DNA of 63,648 nucleotides, counting the filler. It is 8 parts of 8 records of this genome, joined end to end, with 100 filler letters (N's around TTAATTAATTAA, not from the genome) between each part and the next. Parts side by side here need not be neighbours in the genome. Positions count along the whole stretch, not along the records: positions 1 to 7,254 come from SRR31156797_68407; positions 7,355 to 14,924 come from SRR31156797_68505; 6 more parts are not named here. One strand, written 5' to 3'. Every line of letters begins with the position of its first letter. Position 1 is the stretch's first letter. The notes beneath the pieces were generated by a model. The model made no database searches. It was not told the origin of the DNA and saw only the letters and a list, made by a program, of their open reading frames with translations. The position numbers were made by a program, and so were the translations under genes. This document shows positions 1-9,315 of this stretch, in pieces.

Positions 1-2
1 CA

Positions 3-3000
3 AGTAATAATGGCACAGCCAAAAAAACGGTGAAAGTAAAGGTGTTGAGTGCGCCTGAAATCCTTCCCGCGGGCTCATTCGGCAGCAATTATCAGGAATT
101 GGTTCCTGAAGATGCCACACTTGAGGCCTATGATACCCGCAGGTTCGCCTTAATGACAGGACTGGTAACGGATACTGATGGGGCTGTGCTCCAAGGGGTA
201 TCTGTTATGGTTAAAGATCATCCGGAATACGGCACCGCAGAGACAGACAGTGAGGGGCAGTTTTCCATTCCTGTGGAAGGTGGTGGGCATCTGACCCTGA
301 TCTATGAAAAGCAAAACATGATTACTGTTCACAGAAAGGCCTACGTACCATGGAACGATTATGTTGTTCTTGATACGGTGCAGATGACTGCTGAAGATAC
401 CGCCTGCACAACAATTGCATTTGACGGAAATCCCTCCACTGTGTTTACCCATCAATCAACCCCTGTTGAAGGGGAGGAGGGTACCCGCTTCGTAACAATG
501 GTTATGACGGGAGATAATCTGGCCTATCTGATTGATGAAAACGGTAACGATATACAGGCACTTTCTACCATCACCACCAGGGCCACTGAATTCATCACAC
601 CTAAATCCATGCCGGCAGTATTGCCGCCCACTTCTGCCTTTACTTACTGCTCAGAACTAAGTGTTGATGGTGCCCAGAGAGTCCGATTTGAAAAACCGGT
701 GATCACCTGGATAGATAACTTTCTGGGCTTTGATGTGGGGGAACCTGTTCCGGTCGGCTACTATGACCGTGATAAAGGTGTCTGGGTGCCATCTGATAAC
801 GGCACTGTCGTTATGCTTTTAGATACTGATGGTGATGGGATCACTGATGCCTTGGACGCTGACGGTGATAACCAGCCTGATGATCTCAATGGTAACGGTT
901 CATTCACCGACGAGGTGACCGGCCTGGAGGACCCCACCATATACATACCCGGCACAACCTTCTGGCGGGTTGCCGTTTCTCATTTTACCCCCTGGGACTG
1001 CAACTGGCCCTGGGGTCCGCCACAGGATGCCATAGAGCCAAATCCTAAAAGAAGGCCTGATGCAAATCAGGATGAACTGCCCTGTTTCATAAAAGGGACC
1101 CTGGTGAAAACCGGCAACGGATTACAACCGATTGAGACAATAGTAAAAGGAGACTTTGTGTTTTCAAGGGATGAAAACACAAATCAGACACTTTTACGCA
1201 AAGTAACCAACACTTTTATCACTCAGGATCAAATTGTTTATGAACTGAAATTTACTAATCCGGACGGCACTACAGAGACCATAGGCGCAACGCCTCGGCA
1301 CCCATTCTGGGTAAAAGGCAAAGGCTGGATTGAAGTTCAGGAGTTAAGTTTAGGTGATGGTGTTTATCGACTTGATGATAAATGGATGCTTTTGGCTTCA
1401 ATTAGGCCATTATCTGATAGGCAAACCGTTTATAATTTAGAAGTTGAGAATTTTCATACATACTTTATCGGCAGGAACAGCATCTGGGTACACAATGCCT
1501 GTTCAAACAGTATACATCCCAAAAAAAGAACGATTGATTATGATATTCCCGTCCCCGGAACCGGTATAACCTTTCATTACGCCAGCAGTCGGGTTGAAGG
1601 TTATAAAAATGTGATTACTATTCCTGCCAGCGGAGATACCGTTCCTGGAAGCCTAAAACGAATTATTGTCAGAATGAAAATTGCAGGTAGGAGTTTTGAA
1701 ACAACTTTTGATCCTCTGCCCAACCTGAGGGCAGAATTTGTATGGGATGGGCTCGATCATATCGGCACTCGGGTGAGCGCCTCGACCAATGCGCATATCA
1801 GCATTGGGTTTGAATATGACATAGTCTATTACCGTGCATCATCAGATGCTGAGCAGGCATTTGGCCAGTTTGGGGACACAGCCTCTTTAATTCGTGGCCG
1901 GGAAAAGATGGTTTCATGGAAACGATCTGTTTTGACCATAACGCCAAGCGCGAATACTCTTGCTGAAAGCGGAGGGCTACTTGCACACGGGTGGACATTC
2001 TCCCCTCATCATTTCATACATCCCGCAGCACCTTCAATAATTCAAAAGGGGAACGGAGCAACAAGTGGAAAATTCAACGGTATAATTACCACTGTTGCTG
2101 GTAATGGCAGAAAGGGGTCTATCTACAACGTTGGTGATGGGGACCCTGCTAGTCAGGTTTCTTTAACCTCCCCTTGTGGTATTAGTGTGGATGCTATAGG
2201 GAATTTATATATTGCCGATACAAAACAAGCTCGTATCCGTAAAGTGGATACCAATGGTATCATTACAACCATAGCCGGTCGTGGCGTCGGGGGTAGTAGT
2301 GCTGATAAGCTAAACTTCCCTTACGATATTTGTCTGGATTCATCAGGCAGCCTTTACATAAACGACCTTGGAAATAATCGAATTCGCAAGGTAGATACCA
2401 ACGGTATTATCACCACCGTGGTCGGCGGGAATGGTTATGGCTACAGTGGTGACGGCGGGCCGGCTATATTAGCTAAGATATATCAACCTCATGGTATTTG
2501 CCTGGATTCAGCTGGTAACCTTTATATTGCGGACTCTTGGAACCATCGCATTCGTAAAATAGATACCAACGGTATTATCACCACTGTGGCTGGAACCGGA
2601 GATACCGCAAACGAGGACGGGGAAACTGCGTTTGGAGGCTATAGCGGCGACGGAGGGCCTGCGGTACTGTCCGAACTTAATAATCCAATGAATATGTGTA
2701 TGGATTCAGCAGACAATTTATATTTTGTAGACGCCAACAATAATTGTATTCGCAAAATAGATACAAGTGGGATTATCACCACTGTAGCAGGCAGTGGAAG
2801 TCTTGGCTATGATGGCGATATGGGGCTTGCAACACAAGCAACGTTTAGGTACCCTTCAGATGTTTTTGTGGATCCAACAGGAAATCTTTATATTGCAGAC
2901 TCAGGAAATGATTGCGTTCGCAAGGTGGATCAAGATGGTATTATCACAACAGTAGTCGGAAATGGAAACAAAGGTTATAGTGGTGACAGCGGGCCTGCAA

Positions 3001-6000
3001 TATTATCGGAACTTCTCAACCCCCAAAGCATATATATGAATTCGGAAGGCAGCCTCTATATTACAGACTTCAATAATTATTGTGTCAGAAAGGTTGATTA
3101 TATTTATAATTCTAGTGTGTTAAATGGAATCAGTTTCCCTGAAAAAATCGGTATAGAGCATGTTATGTCCAATCTCGGTCAACATGAGATCACCGTTGAC
3201 CTTGCTACGGGGATTACCTTGCGTGAATTCGGTTATGATGAAATTAATAATCTGACAACCATAACGGATCAATTTGGCAACCAGATTTTAATTCACAGGG
3301 ATATGAACGGAACGCCAATCTCTATTACCTCGCCTGACGGAATAGTGACAACTCTGACCATAGATGCTGATAATAACCTTACGCAAATCACCTACGAAGA
3401 CGGCAGCACCTATGATTTTGAATACACGCCTGAGGGCCTTATGACCAAGGTAATCGAACCTAACGGAAACCGATATGAACATGTTTTTGATCAAAATGGC
3501 AGATTAACGGATTTCCTGGATCAGGAAGGAGGTGACTGGAATTACACCCGGACCTATCAGGAAGGGGATATTCTTTCCGAAATTCGCACTGCCGAAGGTA
3601 ATCTGACCAGTTACCTGGATCAAAATTATTCCACAGGCGCTTATGACTCCGTAGTCACCGATCCGTCAGGCTCCCAAACCCTGTTTTCCAAATCCTCTGA
3701 CGGTCTTACAATGGATAAATCAAGCTCCTGCGGTAAAAATGTAGAGTTTAAATACGATTTGGATCCGGAATACAAGTTTCAGTATATTAAGCAAATAACG
3801 ACGTCAACGTCCTCGGGTTTGCTTAAAACGACTGTTAAAGATAAAACCTACCAGGACACCGACTCAGATGAAGTACCCGATCTCATTATTGGTACCATGA
3901 CCGTTAACGGTAAAACTTCAATTATTGAACATAATACGCTTTTATCTCAAAAAATATTCATATCTCCTGAGGGACGAACCACAAACGTGAAGTATGATCC
4001 CGTAAACCTATTGGCAAATTCCGTTAGTGTACCCGGGCTTTTTGATACGGAATACAGCTATGATTCAAAAGGACGCTTGAACTCTACAACCATCAACGCA
4101 AGAAATATGTTCTTTTCTTATAATTCCCAGGGATTTATCGACTCAATAACAAATCCTGAAGGTCATATCACAAGCTATGATTACGACCTGGTGGGTAGGG
4201 TGACCGGAGTTGTCAGACCTGACGGAACCTCGTTGGCCTTTACCTATGACGGTAACGGAAATATGACCGCCTTTACCAATCCGACATCCGTAAGTCATAC
4301 ATTCAGCGCCAACAGTGTGAATCGGCCCGGTTCCTACACAACCCCCTTAAGCGGTTCTTACAGCTATTCTTACGATAAAGACCGTCAACTCATACAGATC
4401 GGATTTCCTTCGGGGGAGAATATTTTCAATGCCTATGAAAATACCAACCTGATCCGGACAGTGACTCCTGAAGGAGATATTGATTACACATATATTTGCG
4501 GATCTAAAATAGAATCCGCTGAAAAAGACGGAGAAAGCATCACCTGGGGCTATGATGCCAACCTTGTTACATCAGAAAGCATGACAGGCACTCTAAACCA
4601 GGAACTGACCTATACCTACAACAATGATTTCAATGTGGAATCTTTTAATTATGCCGGAGTAGCCTTATCATTTGCCTATGATAACGATGGGCTTTTAACC
4701 GGTTCTGGCAATTTCACCATTGCCCGAAATACAGACAACGGTCTGCCGGTAGCCGTTTCAGGCAATGGATTTTTTGAATCCCGCTCTTTTAACGGGTATG
4801 GCGAACTTGAATCTAAAGAAAGCAAGGTAAACTCAAAGTCGGTTTTCTCCTGGAATACCGTCCGCGATAATAATGGCCGCATCATTTCCAAAACCGAGAC
4901 CATCCAGAGTCAATCAACCCAGTTCTCCTATGAATACGATGAAATGGGACGCCTTGTGGCTGTCAGCAAGGATGGAGAGGTTGTTGAGTCATACACTTAC
5001 AATACAAACGGTTCCCGCATATATGAAACCAATACCTTAAGGAATATAACCGGCCGGGCAGCGGATTACTCTGACGAGGACCACTTGTTGCTCTCCGGTT
5101 CAATCACCTATAATTATAATTTTGACGGCTTTTTGACCGCCCAAAAAAATGGTGCGGAGCAGACCTCTTATACCTATTCCTTACGGGGAGAATTGTTACG
5201 CGCAATCCTGCCCGACGGCAAGCGAATCGAATATATACACGACCCCCTTGGCCGGAGAATTGCGAAGAAAATCAACGGCGGGATCACGGAAAAATACCTC
5301 TGGCAGGGCCGGACCCGTCTGCTTGCCGTATATGACGGCAACAACAGCCTGCTGATGAGATTTGAATATGCAGACGCGCGTATGCCGGTTTCTATGACAA
5401 AGGGGGGGAGCATATATTACCTGGCTTATGATCAGGTGGGTTCCCTTAGAGCCGTTACAGATGTGTTCGGCAATGTGATAAAGAAAATTGAACATGATTC
5501 CTTTGGGAATGTTATCAATGATACTGATCCTGGCTTTGAGGTCCCCTTTGGTTTTGCAGGCGGGTTGTATGATACGGATACCGGCCTGATCCGGTTCGGA
5601 CACAGGGATTATGATCCTGATACCGGCCGGTGGACTGCTAAAGATCCTATTTTCTTTGCTGGTGGGGATACTGATCTTTATGGGTATTCCCTCAATGATC
5701 CTGTTAATTTGATTGACCCTCTTGGATTATGGGGGGTTGATATTGGTGGGACACTTATGGGTGCGGATTTTTCAACAACTATTTATGATTCAAATAAAGG
5801 TTGGTTCCCAAGCACTAAAACTAATATTGGGGCTTCAACTACTGCCTTTGGCAGTGGTATCAAATTCACCTTTGATGATCCTTGCGGGTCAGCAAAGAAC
5901 AATGATAGCGACCTAATGGTAAGCTGGGGCCTTAGCAAATACTTGGGGCTTTCTTATAGTCCTGATTTTTTTCGTAAAAGTATTAATTTAGGATTAGGTT

Positions 6001-6089
6001 TGGGCCTCCCTGTTTCATTCAGTTCTTCTGTCGAAAATTTTGCTAAAGGTATTGGCAAAGGGGCTGAAAAAATATTTAACGCAAAATAA
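3..6089 (+). CDS. Teneurin-like RHS/YD-repeat protein, 5'-truncated: carboxypeptidase-regulatory-like N-region, DxDxDG Ca-binding loops, internal Hint domain, NHL propeller, YD shell, RHS core, variable C-terminal tip
   Basis: Frame is open from the window edge (SNNGTAKKTVKVKV), so the GTG at 30 is probably not the start. About 6 NHL repeats (GIITTVAG..GDGG..GNLYIAD..IRKVD), many YD repeats, and RHS core PFGFAGGLYD..RDYDPDTGRWTAKDPI..DPVNLIDPLGL. Confidence 0.93.
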   Translation, partial: SNNGTAKKTVKVKVLSAPEILPAGSFGSNYQELVPEDATLEAYDTRRFALMTGLVTDTDGAVLQGVSVMVKDHPEYGTAETDSEGQFSIPVEGGGHLTLIYEKQNMITVHRKAYVPWNDYVVLDTVQMTAEDTACTTIAFDGNPSTVFTHQSTPVEGEEGTRFVTMVMTGDNLAYLIDENGNDIQALSTITTRATEFITPKSMPAVLPPTSAFTYCSELSVDGAQRVRFEKPVITWIDNFLGFDVGEPVPVGYYDRDKGVWVPSDNGTVVMLLDTDGDGITDALDADGDNQPDDLNGNGSFTDEVTGLEDPTIYIPGTTFWRVAVSHFTPWDCNWPWGPPQDAIEPNPKRRPDANQDELPCFIKGTLVKTGNGLQPIETIVKGDFVFSRDENTNQTLLRKVTNTFITQDQIVYELKFTNPDGTTETIGATPRHPFWVKGKGWIEVQELSLGDGVYRLDDKWMLLASIRPLSDRQTVYNLEVENFHTYFIGRNSIWVHNACSNSIHPKKRTIDYDIPVPGTGITFHYASSRVEGYKNVITIPASGDTVPGSLKRIIVRMKIAGRSFETTFDPLPNLRAEFVWDGLDHIGTRVSASTNAHISIGFEYDIVYYRASSDAEQAFGQFGDTASLIRGREKMVSWKRSVLTITPSANTLAESGGLLAHGWTFSPHHFIHPAAPSIIQKGNGATSGKFNGIITTVAGNGRKGSIYNVGDGDPASQVSLTSPCGISVDAIGNLYIADTKQARIRKVDTNGIITTIAGRGVGGSSADKLNFPYDICLDSSGSLYINDLGNNRIRKVDTNGIITTVVGGNGYGYSGDGGPAILAKIYQPHGICLDSAGNLYIADSWNHRIRKIDTNGIITTVAGTGDTANEDGETAFGGYSGDGGPAVLSELNNPMNMCMDSADNLYFVDANNNCIRKIDTSGIITTVAGSGSLGYDGDMGLATQATFRYPSDVFVDPTGNLYIADSGNDCVRKVDQDGIITTVVGNGNKGYSGDSGPAILSELLNPQSIYMNSEGSLYITDFNNYCVRKVDYIYNSSVLNGISFPEKIGIEHVMSNLGQHEITVDLATGITLREFGYDEINNLTTITDQFGNQILIHRDMNGTPISITSPDGIVTTLTIDADNNLTQITYEDGSTYDFEYTPEGLMTKVIEPNGNRYEHVFDQNGRLTDFLDQEGGDWNYTRTYQEGDILSEIRTAEGNLTSYLDQNYSTGAYDSVVTDPSGSQTLFSKSSDGLTMDKSSSCGKNVEFKYDLDPEYKFQYIKQITTSTSSGLLKTTVKDKTYQDTDSDEVPDLIIGTMTVNGKTSIIEHNTLLSQKIFISPEGRTTNVKYDPVNLLANSVSVPGLFDTEYSYDSKGRLNSTTINARNMFFSYNSQGFIDSITNPEGHITSYDYDLVGRVTGVVRPDGTSLAFTYDGNGNMTAFTNPTSVSHTFSANSVNRPGSYTTPLSGSYSYSYDKDRQLIQIGFPSGENIFNAYENTNLIRTVTPEGDIDYTYICGSKIESAEKDGESITWGYDANLVTSESMTGTLNQELTYTYNNDFNVESFNYAGVALSFAYDNDGLLTGSGNFTIARNTDNGLPVAVSGNGFFESRSFNGYGELESKESKVNSKSVFSWNTVRDNNGRIISKTETIQSQSTQFSYEYDEMGRLVAVSKDGEVVESYTYNTNGSRIYETNTLRNITGRAADYSDEDHLLLSGSITYNYNFDGFLTAQKNGAEQTSYTYSLRGELLRAILPDGKRIEYIHDPLGRRIAKKINGGITEKYLWQGRTRLLAVYDGNNSLLMRFEYADARMPVSMTKGGSIYYLAYDQVGSLRAVTDVFGNVIKKIEHDSFGNVINDTDPGFEVPFGFAGGLYDTDTGLIRFGHRDYDPDTGRWTAKDPIFFAGGDTDLYGYSLNDPVNLIDPLGLWGVDIGGTLMGADFSTTIYDSNKGWFPSTKTNIGASTTAFGSGIKFTFDDPCGSAKNNDSDLMVSWGLSKYLGLSYSPDFFRKSINLGLGLGLPVSFSSSVENFAKGIGKGAEKIFNAK
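1083..1496 (+). other. Hint domain (pretoxin-HINT / A-type BIL-like, 138 aa) inside the RHS protein
   Basis: Starts CFIKGTLV, block B TPRHPFW (TxxH), block F VYNLEV..HTYF, ends WVHN; the next residue is Ala. Confidence 0.9.
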
Positions 6090-6107
6090 ATTAATGGAGC
6101 ATTTCGA

Positions 6108-6326
6108 TTGCACTTATATGAAATATTTTTTTGGGCTGGGCTAATATTTTTAGTTTTATGTTGTTGTTGCATTGCTGTAATCGGTATAAAAAACAGTGTG
6201 TTTGGCGGGACTTATAGTTCGCCTATGAATGAGTTACCACCTTTTGATGTAAAACTATTGAAACTTGCGGGAATTTTATTTCTTATAAGCATATTATTTT
6301 TTATAATTGGTTTCTTTTTACAGTAG
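6108..6326 (+). CDS. Small 2-TM membrane protein, putative cognate immunity protein
   Basis: Starts 18 nt after the RHS stop, GGAG upstream, two hydrophobic helices, AT-rich. Confidence 0.7.
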   Translation: MHLYEIFFWAGLIFLVLCCCCIAVIGIKNSVFGGTYSSPMNELPPFDVKLLKLAGILFLISILFFIIGFFLQ

Positions 6327-6671
6327 CGAGCCACAAATAGGCCTTTTTAAGCCACATTGGTAAAAATTTTTCGTGACTTCGATCAAACCTTGATTTTTGC
6401 CCTTAAGCCTTCAAAGTGGCCAGTCAATTTATACTTCAGGATCTACTATTATAAATGCAGTAAATGGTAATCATGCCGTCGGAGCTCAAGGATTTTTCAG
6501 TGGGGGATTCGGGGTCGATTCTACATGTAAATAGCGGTCAACTGATTGTTTTTCGTTTGATTTATAAAAATCCGGATCAAACCCGGATGAATTTTTAATC
6601 TTTGTTATGGGCAAACCTGGATGAAACGCCAGGTCTGCCCATGGCAGTTATTAGAACTGTGAAGGATTTAA

Positions 6672-6872
6672 ATGCTTGACATCATTTTTCCAATTTCATT
6701 TGTTTTATTCGCAATCTTTTTTTTAATTCTTTCGAACAGTAAAAAAAATTATCGAAAATTAGTCGAAAACAACAATGAAGAATTTGCTAAAAAGGTGAAC
6801 AAGGGCCTTAAAATATGCGCATCCCTATTGTTGATTTGTTCATTTCTTTGGGTGATAATCACTTTTATATAG
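6672..6872 (+). CDS. Small 2-TM membrane protein, putative orphan immunity protein
   Basis: AAGGA RBS; two hydrophobic segments around a charged loop; lies downstream of the RHS locus. Confidence 0.6.
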   Translation: MLDIIFPISFVLFAIFFLILSNSKKNYRKLVENNNEEFAKKVNKGLKICASLLLICSFLWVIITFI

Positions 6873-7145
6873 CAACTCTAAATCAGATAGAAAATAAGAG
6901 GAGCTTTGGACTATTATCTGATTGGTAGTTTTTCAACCTTTTTGGATAATTGTTCCAGTTGCTGGCATCCCTCAAGATGGGGACTATAAAGCGCTTACGC
7001 TTCTATGGCAAAAACGACCTTAGGAATGAGCACGAAATAAGATGCCCAATTAGAATTTTCAAACGTACGGCCTACAGTGGTCACCTGTTTTGAAATAAGC
7101 AAGTTATTTAAGACTCATTCCTTAGCGCTAAAGATAATCCTGGAA

Positions 7146-7178
7146 AAAAGGGGATAATCAATAGATTATCCCCCTTTT
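7146..7178. terminator. Probable intrinsic terminator
   Basis: Inverted repeat aaaaggggataatc / gattatccccctttt with A and T tails. Confidence 0.65.
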
Positions 7179-7254
7179 ATTTTATATATGCCGCGAAGAA
7201 TGGCGCTTCCCGGCTTAGCACTTATTTAATTATACAGCGGTTATCCCTTGAAGG

Positions 7255-7354
7255 NNNNNNNNNNNNNNNNNNNNNNNNNNNNNNNNNNNNNNNNNNNNTT
7301 AATTAATTAANNNNNNNNNNNNNNNNNNNNNNNNNNNNNNNNNNNNNNNNNNNN
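7255..7354. other. Artificial contig linker
   Basis: 44 N + TTAATTAATTAA + 44 N. Confidence 0.98.
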
Positions 7355-7454
7355 GAATTGCCCTTGGGACTGTGCAAAGCTCTCCCATTGTCGCCTTCGG
7401 CGAAGGGGCATAAAAGATATTCGGATGGGCTCGGTTTTCCTTTGGGAACCGAGC

Positions 7455-9179
7455 CTATTTGTTTGCTTTGATGGCGAGGATGGATACGCCCTCATAATCA
7501 AGAACCACACTGCTGGCGCTGTGCTTGCCGCTGATGCCCAGCCGCTCAATGTTCATGACGCTGTTAGTGGAGTTCAAAGTGCCGCCATACGCTGAGAATG
7601 TGGCTGTGACACCTGTTTCCTCCAACCCTTTAAGGGCTTCTGCTGAAATGTGCTGTCTTCTCCCAAAAGGAAAGGAAAAGAAGGGAATGGGATCTCCCGT
7701 GATTTCCTGCAACCGCTTACGGGAGAGTGTGCACTCTTCTTTGATGGCCCCCACGTCGGTAGCCCCGAGATTGACGTGGTTCACAGTATGAGCGGCAATG
7801 GTGTGTCCCCGCTCATGGGCGCCCCGCACATCCTCTTCGGTCATGTTCTCAAAGGTCACCGGGTACTGTTCATCATGCAAAAACTCCCTGTCCTTGCCGA
7901 TGAATCCCGTGGAAACAAAAAGAGCACCCTTGATGCCGAGTTGGTCAAGAACGGGCAGCGCCAAGTCATGCACGGATTTATAGCAATCATCAAAGGTTAT
8001 ACAAAAGCAATCGCTGCCCATGCGGCTTTTGTCTTTCGCGATTTCATAGCTCTGCTCAAGGGTAATGGGAGTATAGCTTTTTTTGAGTATCAGCATATGT
8101 CTGATGAACTGCAATAAATCAATGGACAGGTTGTCCTTATGCGAATCAATGCGGTGATACAGCAGGATGACGCCGCGCGGCTTGCCGTTTTTCTGGCGCA
8201 TACGTCTCAGGATATTCGGAATCCCCAAGCGGAACAAAACAAAAGTATAGAACCCTCTCAACACCTGAAAAAGAAGTGAGCGAACGGCTGCCTGCTGCCC
8301 GGTGAAACCGACCGCTTCCCTCTTTATCGCCAGCGTGGGCGTGGTGCGTGCAGGCACGGTTTTGTTCCCTTGCTTCTTGGGCGAAGCAGTGCCTGAAACA
8401 ATGGCGGAAAGCGTTTCCTTGACCGCGACAATACTGCTGGCGTCCAGCTTGCGTTGCACCGACGATAAGGTCTCCTTTGGATGGATATCTACGGCTCTGG
8501 TTGCATGAACATCGCCCGTATCCAGACCGGCCTCAACTTTGTGGATGGTGACGGATGCGGTCAGAGCCTTGTCGTACAGTTCCCAGAAGCCGCTCGGCAT
8601 GCCCCGGTACTCCGGCACCTTCCCCTTGTGGATATTGATGCTGCCGAGCCGGGGCGCGTCAAAGGCGTACTTTTTCAAAATGCCGGTACCAAGCACTACG
8701 CCCAGATCATAGCTGCCGGATGTCAGAATACCAATGGCCTCTTCGCCATTCATTGAATCCACGTACCGGACCGGGATGTCATGCAATCTGCTGAAATCAT
8801 CCAGCGTAAACGGCTTGTCCGGGAAAGCGCGCCGCGCTAAGTCCAGAACGGACTTCTTGGAGACAACGTTGTCGTTGAGTGATTCCAGCTTCCTGCTGAT
8901 GCCGGTCAGCAAACGATACGGCAGGTAGCCCACGCCGTTCTTTTCCGTATTATTGACAAGATTTCGCACACGACGCTTCAACGGTACACGCGGGGACTCA
9001 CTGAGGATCATGGCAATCTCGATCCCTTGGACAGCCATTACCTCGGCAATGAGATCCACTGTTGCCTGCCGTCCGGGGCCGACCATAAAAACAAGTGACA
9101 GTTTCTTTTTCATATGGATAGTCCGAGTTGTTAGACCGTTGCCGCGCAAGCGAGTTGTAAAGAAATCAGGCATCAGCAT
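7455..9179 (-). CDS. Formyltransferase / polysaccharide deacetylase (NodB-like) fusion; start may be the ATG at 9113
   Basis: Formyl_trans_N motifs INIHKGKVPEYRG and TIHKVEAGLDTG; C-terminal CE4-like motifs ITFDDCY, HTVNH and FSFPFG. Confidence 0.85.
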   Translation of the reverse strand: MLMPDFFTTRLRGNGLTTRTIHMKKKLSLVFMVGPGRQATVDLIAEVMAVQGIEIAMILSESPRVPLKRRVRNLVNNTEKNGVGYLPYRLLTGISRKLESLNDNVVSKKSVLDLARRAFPDKPFTLDDFSRLHDIPVRYVDSMNGEEAIGILTSGSYDLGVVLGTGILKKYAFDAPRLGSINIHKGKVPEYRGMPSGFWELYDKALTASVTIHKVEAGLDTGDVHATRAVDIHPKETLSSVQRKLDASSIVAVKETLSAIVSGTASPKKQGNKTVPARTTPTLAIKREAVGFTGQQAAVRSLLFQVLRGFYTFVLFRLGIPNILRRMRQKNGKPRGVILLYHRIDSHKDNLSIDLLQFIRHMLILKKSYTPITLEQSYEIAKDKSRMGSDCFCITFDDCYKSVHDLALPVLDQLGIKGALFVSTGFIGKDREFLHDEQYPVTFENMTEEDVRGAHERGHTIAAHTVNHVNLGATDVGAIKEECTLSRKRLQEITGDPIPFFSFPFGRRQHISAEALKGLEETGVTATFSAYGGTLNSTNSVMNIERLGISGKHSASSVVLDYEGVSILAIKANK

Positions 9180-9315
9180 TTAGCATAATAGAGATATAAT
9201 GCCAAACACTCCTGCAAATGCAAGCTCTCTCCCATCCATTAAAAGGATAGGAACTTCCTTTTTTTCTGGCAATGTATAGCAAATCATAAAAATATTATCA
9301 AGGGCCTGGAATATG

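Noticed and set aside
7189-7254. GC-rich segment next to a terminator at the contig end, possibly the end of a structured RNA
   Set aside because: Truncated, and I could not match it to a known RNA family; needs an Rfam/Infernal search.
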